Shown: positions 19,032 to 27,768 of the stretch, piece after piece
Position numbering within the stretch: the stretch's first letter is position 1
How the letters are laid out: each line of letters starts with the position of its first letter
NCBI GenBank assembly: GCA_937949785.1
Contig: CALEDH010000019.1
Span: 398-64,397, forward strand
Reading direction: 5' to 3'
Length of the DNA stretch: 64,000 nucleotides
From: an uncultured Sulfolobales archaeon
GTDB taxonomy: Archaea; Thermoproteota; Thermoprotei_A; Sulfolobales; NBVN01
Position numbers and translations under genes: made by a program
The notes under the pieces: generated by a model
The model's database searches: none
Seen by the model: only the letters and a program-made list of their open reading frames with translations
What the model was told of the DNA's origin: nothing

Positions 19032-20621
19032 GTGTCCACTATGTTTGACTACATTACAATAGGTTTAACCCCACCGCTGATGATCGCAATGGCGTTCACA
19101 CTGCCAATATTTACGTTAGCTATTAAGAGGAAAGCGTTCTACGACATATATGCCTTAACCGCAACGACAATTGCTTTAATGCTTACGGCTTATAACTACT
19201 ACTTAGTGTTCTACGTAGCTAAACGCCCCATAGCATACCCGTTCGGGGGTTGGCCCCCGCCGATTGGAATAGTCTATGAGGTAGATGCCTTAAGCGCGTA
19301 TTTCGGTGTCTTCATAGCGGCTGTGATGTTGATGATAAGTCTTTACAGCGTATGGTACTTAAGAGGTGTTAGCGGTTACGAGTGGTACTATACGATGCTC
19401 TTAGGGTTGGAGGCAGGTATGATAGGATGCGTGTATACTGGCGACGCGTTTAACCTCTTCGTAATGCTTGAGGTGCTTTCGGTAGCTGCGTACGGCCTAG
19501 TGATCTTCTACAGGATGTCGCATGAAGCTATTGAAGCCGGTATTAAGTATTCGTTAATAGGTGCTGTCGCCACCACTATATACTTCATAGCCTTAGTATT
19601 CATCTACGGTAGTTTCGGAACTTTAAATATGGCTGATATAGCGTATAAGTCTAGAGGTGGTGGTGAGTTCCCCTTCAGCTATATGGTGGTAGGTAACATC
19701 CACCTAGCAAGTGCTATAGCTCTAGCACTGTCTATGTGGGCATTTACGTTTAAAGCAGCAGTAGTGCCAAACCACTTCTGGCTTCCAGACGCACACCCAG
19801 CAGCTCCAACACCGGTCTCTGCAGCGCTTTCAGGCCTCGTCGTTAAGGTAGGTATTTACGCAATAATTAGGTTTCTCTACACCATCTACGGTTTAGACTC
19901 ACTGCACACTATAGCTAATGTAGTTAGCATAGTTATGAAGTTATTAATAATTTTAGGTGCGTTATCAGCGTTAATAGCATCCGCGTTAATGGTAGTGCAG
20001 AACGACATTAAGAGGTTAATAGCGTATAGTACGATTATGCATGTAGGTCTCATCGTTATTAGCATGTCAATAGGTACTAAATTAGGTATTGAGGCAGCCC
20101 TATACCACACCGTTAACCACGGGATTGGTAAGGCATTACTCTTCATGTCTGCAGGTGTTTTAATTAGGGTTGCAGGGTCTAGAAACATAGATGAGATGTC
20201 CGGTGTTGGTAGGTATATGCCTCTAACATCATTTACCTTAACGTTAGCAGTGCTGTCGTTAGAAGGTTTACCACCTCTTGCAGGTTTCTTCAGTAAGTTA
20301 CTGCTTTACGAGGCATTCATAGACTCAGGATTAGCTATAATGGCGGTGGTGTTGGTGGTCTCATCTACTTTCGCCCTCCTAGCATATATAAAACTACTCT
20401 ACGGTGCATACTTTAAACTACCTACGAAGGAGTTAGGTAGGGTTAGGGAGAGTTGGACTTACTTAATGCCTTTAGCGGTCCTCGCAGCGCTACTCGTAGT
20501 TCTCGGAGTCTGCGCACCGATTTTCGTAGATGAGGTACTGACACCAACGTCCAGCGAGTTACTTAACCCATTAAAATATGTTAGCGCGGTTAATGAGGTC
20601 GTTAAGGCCTTAGGTGGTTGA
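19032..20621 (+). CDS. mbhH: MrpD/NuoN-like antiporter-type subunit (MbhH-like)
   Basis: 529-aa polytopic protein with the proton-conducting membrane transporter core (WLPDAHPAAPTPVSAALSG, HxxxxGxxKALLF). Confidence 0.85.
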   Translation: MSTMFDYITIGLTPPLMIAMAFTLPIFTLAIKRKAFYDIYALTATTIALMLTAYNYYLVFYVAKRPIAYPFGGWPPPIGIVYEVDALSAYFGVFIAAVMLMISLYSVWYLRGVSGYEWYYTMLLGLEAGMIGCVYTGDAFNLFVMLEVLSVAAYGLVIFYRMSHEAIEAGIKYSLIGAVATTIYFIALVFIYGSFGTLNMADIAYKSRGGGEFPFSYMVVGNIHLASAIALALSMWAFTFKAAVVPNHFWLPDAHPAAPTPVSAALSGLVVKVGIYAIIRFLYTIYGLDSLHTIANVVSIVMKLLIILGALSALIASALMVVQNDIKRLIAYSTIMHVGLIVISMSIGTKLGIEAALYHTVNHGIGKALLFMSAGVLIRVAGSRNIDEMSGVGRYMPLTSFTLTLAVLSLEGLPPLAGFFSKLLLYEAFIDSGLAIMAVVLVVSSTFALLAYIKLLYGAYFKLPTKELGRVRESWTYLMPLAVLAALLVVLGVCAPIFVDEVLTPTSSELLNPLKYVSAVNEVVKALGG

Positions 20622-20958
20622 GATGGACGTATTAGAATTAACGTTAATTGCTTCATCGCTAATGCTGCTAGTAGCACTACTTACTTACCTATCATATGCA
20701 GCTGTTAAGAAGGGTGGTAGTAGTCAGAACCTCTCAGAGCCATACCTATGTGGTGAGAGCGTTGATGACTTTAAGAATAGCATATCGGTTGGTAGTACTA
20801 ACCTATACTGGGGTGCTACATCAGCTATTCTGAGCAGGTTCTACAAGGTGTTAAGGGATGAGATCCATACCGGAGTACTTAACGATTGGTTCTTCTACAT
20901 GTGTATATGGCTTGTACTAGGTGTTTTACTGAGCTTTATTACTATATCTATGTCGTAG
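20614..20958 (+). CDS. small membrane subunit (MbhI-like)
   Basis: 114 aa with N- and C-terminal TM helices. It sits between the MrpD-like and NuoH-like genes with overlapping or abutting stop and start codons. Confidence 0.5.
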   Translation: MVEMDVLELTLIASSLMLLVALLTYLSYAAVKKGGSSQNLSEPYLCGESVDDFKNSISVGSTNLYWGATSAILSRFYKVLRDEIHTGVLNDWFFYMCIWLVLGVLLSFITISMS

Positions 20959-21939
20959 GTGGTCTGTATGGTATATTCTGAAATTCTACTAGCTACGTTT
21001 TCAGCGCTCATCTACCCAGGCTTACTCTTCCTAGTAGTCCTCGGCCTACTAACACAGTGGTATATGAGGAAGCTTGTAGGTAGGCTACAGAATAGAATTG
21101 GACCTAAGTACGTTGGACCTCTAGGCATAGCACAGCCTTTCGCAGATGTTATCAAGTTAGTCTTTGTTAAGGAGAAATTATCTTCTAAAGGTAGGTTGGA
21201 TAGGTTATTAATACTCTTCATGACATTAGGGTTAGGCGCTCTATCTTCAGCAATGCTATTCACCCCTATCTCACCGTACGTAATTAGAGGTGGGTATGAT
21301 GTGATAGCCTTCATATACCTAATGATTTGGTCTACAATTGCGTTTGCGGTAATAGGTCTGAGCTCATCTAACCCGTTCACCATTGCAGGTTCATCAAGAT
21401 TTCTAACTCAAATACTCTTCGCAGAGCCTGCCTTAATAATCTCAATACTCGCAGCTACGATAGCCTTAACGAAGAACTCCACAACACCTCTATCTATTTA
21501 CTCGTCAGCAGCGTATTTCCAAATAAGCGCTTTGATAGCTGCCGTATTAGCCTTATCTTTCATCTCATTCTTCTTAGCCACTATAGCTAAGACCTTAATA
21601 AAGCCGTTTGACATACCTGAAGCTGAGACAGAGTTAGCTGGAGGGTTACTTGCTGAGTTAAGCGGGCCTACATTAGGGTTAGCGATAGTATTCCACTACA
21701 GTGAAATAGCGTTTCTAGCCTTAATAACCACTATGATATTCTTAGGAGGTCCATACCCCTTCAATTACGGGGACGCCTTAGGTATGGCAGTATTTATAGT
21801 TAAGTACGTACTCCTCCTCACGTTAATGATAACCGTTAAAGCATCTGTCGGCAGGGTCAGAGTCGAGCAGGCAGTATCTATGATTAAGTACGTGATATTG
21901 ACCTCGGTTACAGCCTTAATACTAGCTACGGTTTTCTGA
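20959..21939 (+). CDS. mbhM: NuoH/MbhM-like membrane subunit
   Basis: RIGPKYVGPLGIAQPFADVIKL signature of the NuoH/HycD family. About 8 TM helices. Confidence 0.85.
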   Translation: MVCMVYSEILLATFSALIYPGLLFLVVLGLLTQWYMRKLVGRLQNRIGPKYVGPLGIAQPFADVIKLVFVKEKLSSKGRLDRLLILFMTLGLGALSSAMLFTPISPYVIRGGYDVIAFIYLMIWSTIAFAVIGLSSSNPFTIAGSSRFLTQILFAEPALIISILAATIALTKNSTTPLSIYSSAAYFQISALIAAVLALSFISFFLATIAKTLIKPFDIPEAETELAGGLLAELSGPTLGLAIVFHYSEIAFLALITTMIFLGGPYPFNYGDALGMAVFIVKYVLLLTLMITVKASVGRVRVEQAVSMIKYVILTSVTALILATVF

Positions 21940-22061
21940 AAATGTTAGTAAGTTAATTATTAGCTTATCAACGATTTCTAAATCTTTATATAGTAGGTAG
22001 GGGTAGTTAGTAGTTAAAAAATATTAACCCTGATAGTAGTGATCCCTGCAGGTCGGTATAC

Positions 22062-22376
22062 TTGCATATCGACATAACTACATCTATGACTGGTAGGGTT
22101 GTTAGGGAGTTAACGCTTCAAGGTAGGACTAGGTTATCAGAAGTTATTAATTTAATATTACAGGAATTGAGGGTTAACATCAAGTATTCAGATCTGGAGC
22201 CCTATTACTTAGTAGTTGTTAATGGGAACCCGCTTGGGGAGGGGGTTAGGTGGGATGAAGTCTTTCTAACTAATGATGATCGTGTAGTGATTCTGCCGTT
22301 GGCGTTTGGAGGTTCCGAATTAAGTATCCCTACCGAGGACTACTGGTTCAAAGTTCCAGTAAGTCTGGGTAATTAG
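22062..22376 (+). CDS. ThiS/MoaD-like ubiquitin-fold protein with a C-terminal extension after the GG motif
   Basis: VVVNGNPL...DDRVVILPLAFGG matches the C-terminal strand and di-Gly of the ThiS/MoaD/SAMP family, and 20 more residues (SELSIPTEDYWFKVPVSLGN) follow the GG. The start is TTG at 22062 or ATG at 22086. Confidence 0.6.
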   Translation: MHIDITTSMTGRVVRELTLQGRTRLSEVINLILQELRVNIKYSDLEPYYLVVVNGNPLGEGVRWDEVFLTNDDRVVILPLAFGGSELSIPTEDYWFKVPVSLGN

Positions 22377-22394
22377 TTAGTGTGGCGTTGGTTA

Positions 22395-23615
22395 TTAAGT
22401 GCTTGCAGCACTCTTAGCTATTAAATCCAAAACCCTATCTATTTCTAACTCAACGGTTGGCGGGATGTTCTTAACGTTAATGTCTATGAAACCTCTTGTC
22501 ACTATGGATTTAGCTTCGTCTTCCTTAAACCCCTTACTCATTAGGTACTCTAACTCTTCCTGAGCTATAACTCCGATAGCAGCTTCATGACTTAATGTAG
22601 CTCCAGGCTTCTTAGAAGTTAATGAAGGTATTGAAGATATCTTAGATTTTTGGGAGAGGAGTAGTCCTAAGCACTCGACATGCCCCCTACCAACAGCTTC
22701 AGCAGTTATATCAGACCTAGCGTTAACTTCGGATGAGTCCTTAGTTATGACTTTAGAGACGATCTCTGCTGTGGAATGATCCCCTCCTAATATAATCTTA
22801 GTTCCTACATCGTATACTCCGTAACCGCTACCAGCAATCACTGAAGAAGATGATGCCTTACTACCAGCACCTAATCTAATTACCGGGTAGGTCTGAAGTG
22901 AGGCGACTGGGGAGTATGTTACGTAGTAATTCACATACTCACCTCCAACGTCAACGTCAACCCCTGTCCTAGGTCTGACGTGGACTCCTTCAGACCAAGC
23001 ATGAATCATTGTGAAGGTTAGTCTAGCATTCCTCTTTACGTAGAACTCGGAAATCCCTATGTGGAGGCTATTCTTCACACCATGCGGTACTAAGCACCCA
23101 GTAACTACGTGAGCTTCTGAGCCCTCATCTACGTATATTAAGTTATGAGCTAGTTGCATCTTATTATTTGAGGTTATTGCTAGGCAGGAATATATTGGGA
23201 TCGAGACCTTAGTATTAGGTGGTACGTAAATAAAGTAACCTAGCTCATTACCGTATAGGTAGTTAGCAGCTGTGTACTTATCTAGGTCAGGTCTAACCAA
23301 CCTCCACATAAGGTCTTTAACGTAGGTAAAGTCATCTAAGGCCTTCCTAAGAGGTAATATCCTAGTATTATACTTCCTCAGCGACCTTCCTAACGCATCG
23401 TACATAGCGCTTTCATCGACCTGTACGTAATTTAAATTAAGTTGTTCGTTCTCTAAACCTATTCTAGAGATGATCTTAGTTAGTTCCTCACTTACTTCTA
23501 ACCTATCGTAGATCTTCGGGTCCTCTAAGCCATAATCACTTAAATCTATGTCGGGACCAAACGTGGAGGGCTTCTTAAGGGCTTTAATTAGTTCCTCCTT
23601 CAAATCACTCACCAC
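22395..23615 (-). CDS. Fe-S cluster assembly scaffold protein SufB/SufD family
   Basis: C-terminal SufBD beta-helix region, EEELEYLMSKGFKEDEAKSIVTRGF motif, and 4-nt coupling to sufC. Confidence 0.8.
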   Translation of the reverse strand: MVSDLKEELIKALKKPSTFGPDIDLSDYGLEDPKIYDRLEVSEELTKIISRIGLENEQLNLNYVQVDESAMYDALGRSLRKYNTRILPLRKALDDFTYVKDLMWRLVRPDLDKYTAANYLYGNELGYFIYVPPNTKVSIPIYSCLAITSNNKMQLAHNLIYVDEGSEAHVVTGCLVPHGVKNSLHIGISEFYVKRNARLTFTMIHAWSEGVHVRPRTGVDVDVGGEYVNYYVTYSPVASLQTYPVIRLGAGSKASSSSVIAGSGYGVYDVGTKIILGGDHSTAEIVSKVITKDSSEVNARSDITAEAVGRGHVECLGLLLSQKSKISSIPSLTSKKPGATLSHEAAIGVIAQEELEYLMSKGFKEDEAKSIVTRGFIDINVKNIPPTVELEIDRVLDLIAKSAAST

Positions 23616-24336
23616 TTAAAATCTTACCGAGGATCTCAGCGCTTTTCCTAAACCCGTATTTAGATATAAGCGGTAGGACCTCATCCACTAAACCGCTATA
23701 CGCTATCCTCCCGTCTAACATTATGTGGGTTCTATCAACACGCCTCAACTTACTTAGGATGCTTCCAGAGTGGGTAACTAAGACCACTGAAGACCCCCTC
23801 TTAATCAGTAAATTAATAGCATCTGCGATCAAGTTTAAACTCTCAATATCAACACCGCTGTCCGGCTCATCAAGTAGTGCAATCTTAGGGTTCTGAAGTA
23901 ATACTAAGTAAAGCTCAGCTCTCTTCCTCTCACCACCGCTGAAACCTACGAATAAATCTCTCCCTAGGAATTCATCGGTTCTCAACACCTTAGACATTAT
24001 CGTGTAATCTGAGCAGCCGCAACGTTTAATTAGGTTCTTAGCGATTTCAGAGAACTTCACACCTCTTATTGATGGTGGGTTCTGATACGCTAAAGCGATC
24101 CCCATCTTAGCACGTTCATATGATGGAGTATTAGTTATGTCGGAGCCTTCGAAAACTATAGACCCGTTACACACGTTAACTCTTGGAAGACCCATTATAG
24201 CTGATAGGAGGGTGGACTTACCAGAACCGTTAGGCCCTATGATTACGTGGAGTTCACCAGCTCTAACACTTAAGTTGACGTCCTCAACGATTTTCTTACC
24301 ATTAACGCATACCTCCAACTTCTTCACTACTAGCAT
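23605..24336 (-). CDS. sufC: Fe-S cluster assembly ATPase SufC
   Basis: Walker A GPNGSGKST, signature FSGGERKR and Walker B LLDEPDSGVD. 243 aa. Confidence 0.88.
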   Translation of the reverse strand: MLVVKKLEVCVNGKKIVEDVNLSVRAGELHVIIGPNGSGKSTLLSAIMGLPRVNVCNGSIVFEGSDITNTPSYERAKMGIALAYQNPPSIRGVKFSEIAKNLIKRCGCSDYTIMSKVLRTDEFLGRDLFVGFSGGERKRAELYLVLLQNPKIALLDEPDSGVDIESLNLIADAINLLIKRGSSVVLVTHSGSILSKLRRVDRTHIMLDGRIAYSGLVDEVLPLISKYGFRKSAEILGKILSGE

Positions 24337-24422
24337 GCATTACCCCTAAGAATATAGTCTTCTAACATATTAAAGGTAAGAAGCTTTAAAATTCTGTATT
24401 TAAGACTTATTGGGGGTTTTAA

Positions 24423-25442
24423 GTGAGGGCTTTAAGGGTTCACCAACCAAAACTTATTAGGATTGATGAGATTGAAGAACCTCAGATTAAAGGTGATGAG
24501 GTTTTAATTAAAGTTAGATATGCAGGCATATGTGGTACTGACCTCCACGTATATAGAGGGGCTATGAAGGATAGGGTTAAATATCCAGCAATACCTGGCC
24601 ATGAATTCTCCGGAGTTATAGTTAAGGTAGGCTCTGAAGTGGATTGGCTTAGTGAGGGGGATGAAGTAGTTGCCAATCCAGTACATCCATGCGGTAGGTG
24701 TACTGCGTGCTTGGCTGGGAGGCCTAACATATGTGTTAACTTTAAGATACTAGGCGTAGACATACCTGGAGTATTCGCAGAATACGTAAAAGTACGTAGT
24801 AATAATGTTTATAAAATACCTAAAGGACTTTCCCTAAGAAACGCTGCCTTAGTTGAACCGTTTGCAGTTGCTGTACATTCGTGTAGGAAAGCTAGGATAG
24901 AGTCAGGGGATACGGTACTCATTATTGGGCAAGGACCTATAGGACTATGTACTACGCAGGTAGCTAGTCACTACGGCGCTTATAAAGTAGTAACGTCGGA
25001 TGTTGTGGAGAGCAGACTTAAACTGTCTAAGGTCATAGGGGCTGATGAGGTCGTAAACCCGCTTGAAGTAAACATGGTTAAGGCTGTTGAAGAGTTAACT
25101 GGAGGGGTAGGCGTTGATAAAGTTATAGAGACTTCAGGCAGTCCTCAAGTATTAGACCAGGCGTTAAGGGTCTTAAAACCTGGTGGGAGGGTAGTCTTAG
25201 TCGGCTTATGTTTCGAAGACGTTAAGCTTCATTCATACCCCATAGTATATAAGGAGGCTGAAATAGTGGGTTCTAGGGTATATGTAGATGAATTCCCCAG
25301 AACTTTAAACTTAATTAGTAGGGGTTACCTTAAACCCGAACCATTAATAACGCATGAAATGCCGCTGAGCGATGGTGATAGAGCGTTTAGAATATTAGAG
25401 GATAGGCTGGAGGACGCTATTAAGATATTACTAAGACCTTAA
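24423..25442 (+). CDS. Zn-dependent alcohol/threonine/sorbitol dehydrogenase family (MDR) enzyme
   Basis: GICGTDLH, GHEFSG, structural Zn site CGRCTACLAGRPNIC, and GQGPIG Rossmann motif. Confidence 0.85.
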   Translation: MRALRVHQPKLIRIDEIEEPQIKGDEVLIKVRYAGICGTDLHVYRGAMKDRVKYPAIPGHEFSGVIVKVGSEVDWLSEGDEVVANPVHPCGRCTACLAGRPNICVNFKILGVDIPGVFAEYVKVRSNNVYKIPKGLSLRNAALVEPFAVAVHSCRKARIESGDTVLIIGQGPIGLCTTQVASHYGAYKVVTSDVVESRLKLSKVIGADEVVNPLEVNMVKAVEELTGGVGVDKVIETSGSPQVLDQALRVLKPGGRVVLVGLCFEDVKLHSYPIVYKEAEIVGSRVYVDEFPRTLNLISRGYLKPEPLITHEMPLSDGDRAFRILEDRLEDAIKILLRP

Positions 25443-25485
25443 AGCCTGCTTAACTGTTAACCATTAAGTATTATTTTTCTAGGCA

Positions 25486-26736
25486 TTAAAATCTAGACCT
25501 GATGTAATCATCAAACCAGTTCGCAATCCCTTTAGAGATTATCGTCATGACCTCTGCTAATCTCCTACTCTTAAGCTCTCTCATAAGGTATTCAATTCTT
25601 AGGTAGAACTTACGGTAAGCCCTGGCCAGTGCCCTAGCTAGGTCTCTCTCACTGAAATAGAAGCCCCTCATAACAGGTCTTAAAGTCGTGTAGTGCTCCC
25701 AATCACGGTCCACTATTAAGTTGTTCTTCATAGCATATTCGTATAGCGGGGTTCCTGGATATGGAGTAGCTACGGTGAATTGAGCGTATGTAGGGTCTAA
25801 CTTAATGGCGAATTTCACAGTTCTCTCCATATCATCTAATGTCTCCCAAGGAAATCCTAATACGAAGGTACCTACATGGTATAGTCCTAATTCCTTAACC
25901 AGCTTAAAAGATTTAATTACTGAGTCAATTGTCAGTTTCTTACCTATCCTCTTCAGCGATTCCTGCGAAGACGATTCAACCCCAAAGTATATCGCCTTAA
26001 AACCTATTTCCATCATACTTTTAAGTAATTCCCTATCGACGTGGTCCACCCTAGAACCACAGCTAAACTCTAAGTCTAATTTATGTTCTCTTAACTTCTT
26101 AATAAACTCGTTTATGAAGACCCTACTAGCTGTTAATTCATCATCCATGAACGCTATTTTCCTAATACCGTATTTCTCAGCTAAGAATTTAACCTCACCT
26201 ACGACATCCTCAGCTGACCTAAACCTAACCCTCCTACCCCAGAAGTATGAAGTACTACAGAATATGCATCCGTACGGACATCCCCTACTAGCCATTACGT
26301 GAGCTACCTTTACGTTCTTACCGAACATCGAATACGCATCTATGTCCAGTAAATGATGTGCAGGCCACGGCAACTTACTTAAATCATCTATAGGCTCTCT
26401 AGGCTGTGTCCTTATATGACTTCCCCCACAGCTCTTAAATGCTATACCTCTAACGTTCTTTAACTCCGTGTTCGGAAAGCCGAAACGCTCTATGGTGTTA
26501 ACTAACTCTAACGTTGTTAACTCACCCTCACCGCAGACAACGACGTCGAAGCCCTCATTAAGAGCTTCGTCAAACATGAAGGTTGGGTGCGGCCCACCGC
26601 AAATGACCGGTATATCACTGAAATATTTTTTAAGCAGTTTCACCGTAGTGTATGCCTTATATGCCGTAGGCGTGATTACGGAAAAACCTATGATATCTGG
26701 AGACCAAGCCCTGACCTCACGTATAAAGTCCTTCAC
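25486..26736 (-). CDS. B12-binding-domain radical SAM protein (tracked ORF is N-terminally truncated; see finding)
   Basis: The CPYGCIFCS (CxxxCxxC) radical SAM motif is preceded by a cobalamin-binding domain. Clear protein-like homology continues upstream of the GTG at 26736, up to about 26930. Confidence 0.8.
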   Translation of the reverse strand: MKDFIREVRAWSPDIIGFSVITPTAYKAYTTVKLLKKYFSDIPVICGGPHPTFMFDEALNEGFDVVVCGEGELTTLELVNTIERFGFPNTELKNVRGIAFKSCGGSHIRTQPREPIDDLSKLPWPAHHLLDIDAYSMFGKNVKVAHVMASRGCPYGCIFCSTSYFWGRRVRFRSAEDVVGEVKFLAEKYGIRKIAFMDDELTASRVFINEFIKKLREHKLDLEFSCGSRVDHVDRELLKSMMEIGFKAIYFGVESSSQESLKRIGKKLTIDSVIKSFKLVKELGLYHVGTFVLGFPWETLDDMERTVKFAIKLDPTYAQFTVATPYPGTPLYEYAMKNNLIVDRDWEHYTTLRPVMRGFYFSERDLARALARAYRKFYLRIEYLMRELKSRRLAEVMTIISKGIANWFDDYIRSRF

Positions 26737-27050
26737 ACCTAATTTAAGGGTCGGAGAGTCAACTATCCTAACCTTATGTCCGGAACTCTCAAGTACTGCA
26801 GCAATCCAAGTCAGCCCTAGTGGCGGTGCGTGAGCACCTAAAATACTATATACCTCTAAGCGATAGGTGTCAGGCGGTAAAGCCAGTAAAACTCTCAGAT
26901 CCCACCCCCGAGGATAACATTCTATTAACTCTTATTACACTGTTTGAAGTAAACTTATGATGTTTAACGATTAAGTTTGAAGAAAGTGTTAAATATGGTC
27001 GCAGATTAGAGCTATATCACCTACGACTAACCCAAATAACCTTCTTAAAT

Positions 27051-27662
27051 CTATACGTTCTGAACACCACTTATTAGTAGTGGTATTAATCTTAGGAAGT
27101 CAGCGCTGCTTTTAGGTACGTAGATTATTAGCTCTCTAAGTTCTTGGTTAAATCTTAACATGGTATTAACTAAGTTATTTACATGTACTAAGTCGTTGAA
27201 CTTAAAAGACTTACTAAGTAATTTCTTCGTAATTATCCTTATAGAGTGAACGGTATTACCTTCCCCCAGATCTACTAACTTCCTAAGTAGGTAGACTCCA
27301 TTAACCTTAATAAACAGCTCATCATCTATGTAACCCTTCACATATACGTAGAGCATGTTGAGGTTGGTTATCAGCTTCGTAGATTGGAGTTCCTGGCAGT
27401 CAAATCTATCGATGAACGATGTGGGTGGGGTAAAGCATGAGGAACCGGTCCTAACCTCTAATTCAACCTTAAATGACACATCTCTATGTCTGAATACCGT
27501 GAGGGTGTATGACTTATCCCTTACTTTACGCTTAGCAGTATACCAGAAACTCCTAATATCGTAGTTATTTAGACCTAAGCTACGCAGTATTGCTGAGGTT
27601 ACGGCAGGGGGGTCCCTACAAACAGCTTTAAGCATTATACAGTTATCTAATTGGACAAACAT
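27051..27662 (-). CDS. hypothetical protein, no recognisable family
   Basis: Long ORF with normal coding composition and an A/T-rich upstream region shared divergently with the carboxyltransferase gene. No motif recognised. Confidence 0.5.
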   Translation of the reverse strand: MFVQLDNCIMLKAVCRDPPAVTSAILRSLGLNNYDIRSFWYTAKRKVRDKSYTLTVFRHRDVSFKVELEVRTGSSCFTPPTSFIDRFDCQELQSTKLITNLNMLYVYVKGYIDDELFIKVNGVYLLRKLVDLGEGNTVHSIRIITKKLLSKSFKFNDLVHVNNLVNTMLRFNQELRELIIYVPKSSADFLRLIPLLISGVQNV

Positions 27663-27768
27663 AGAGTCTAGGACGTACTCTACGAATTTATGTGTCTGCG
27701 TAAACCCCCAGATAATTAATTCCTTACTAGGTTTTTAAACATCTATTAGGAGTTTATTTGGGAAATGC

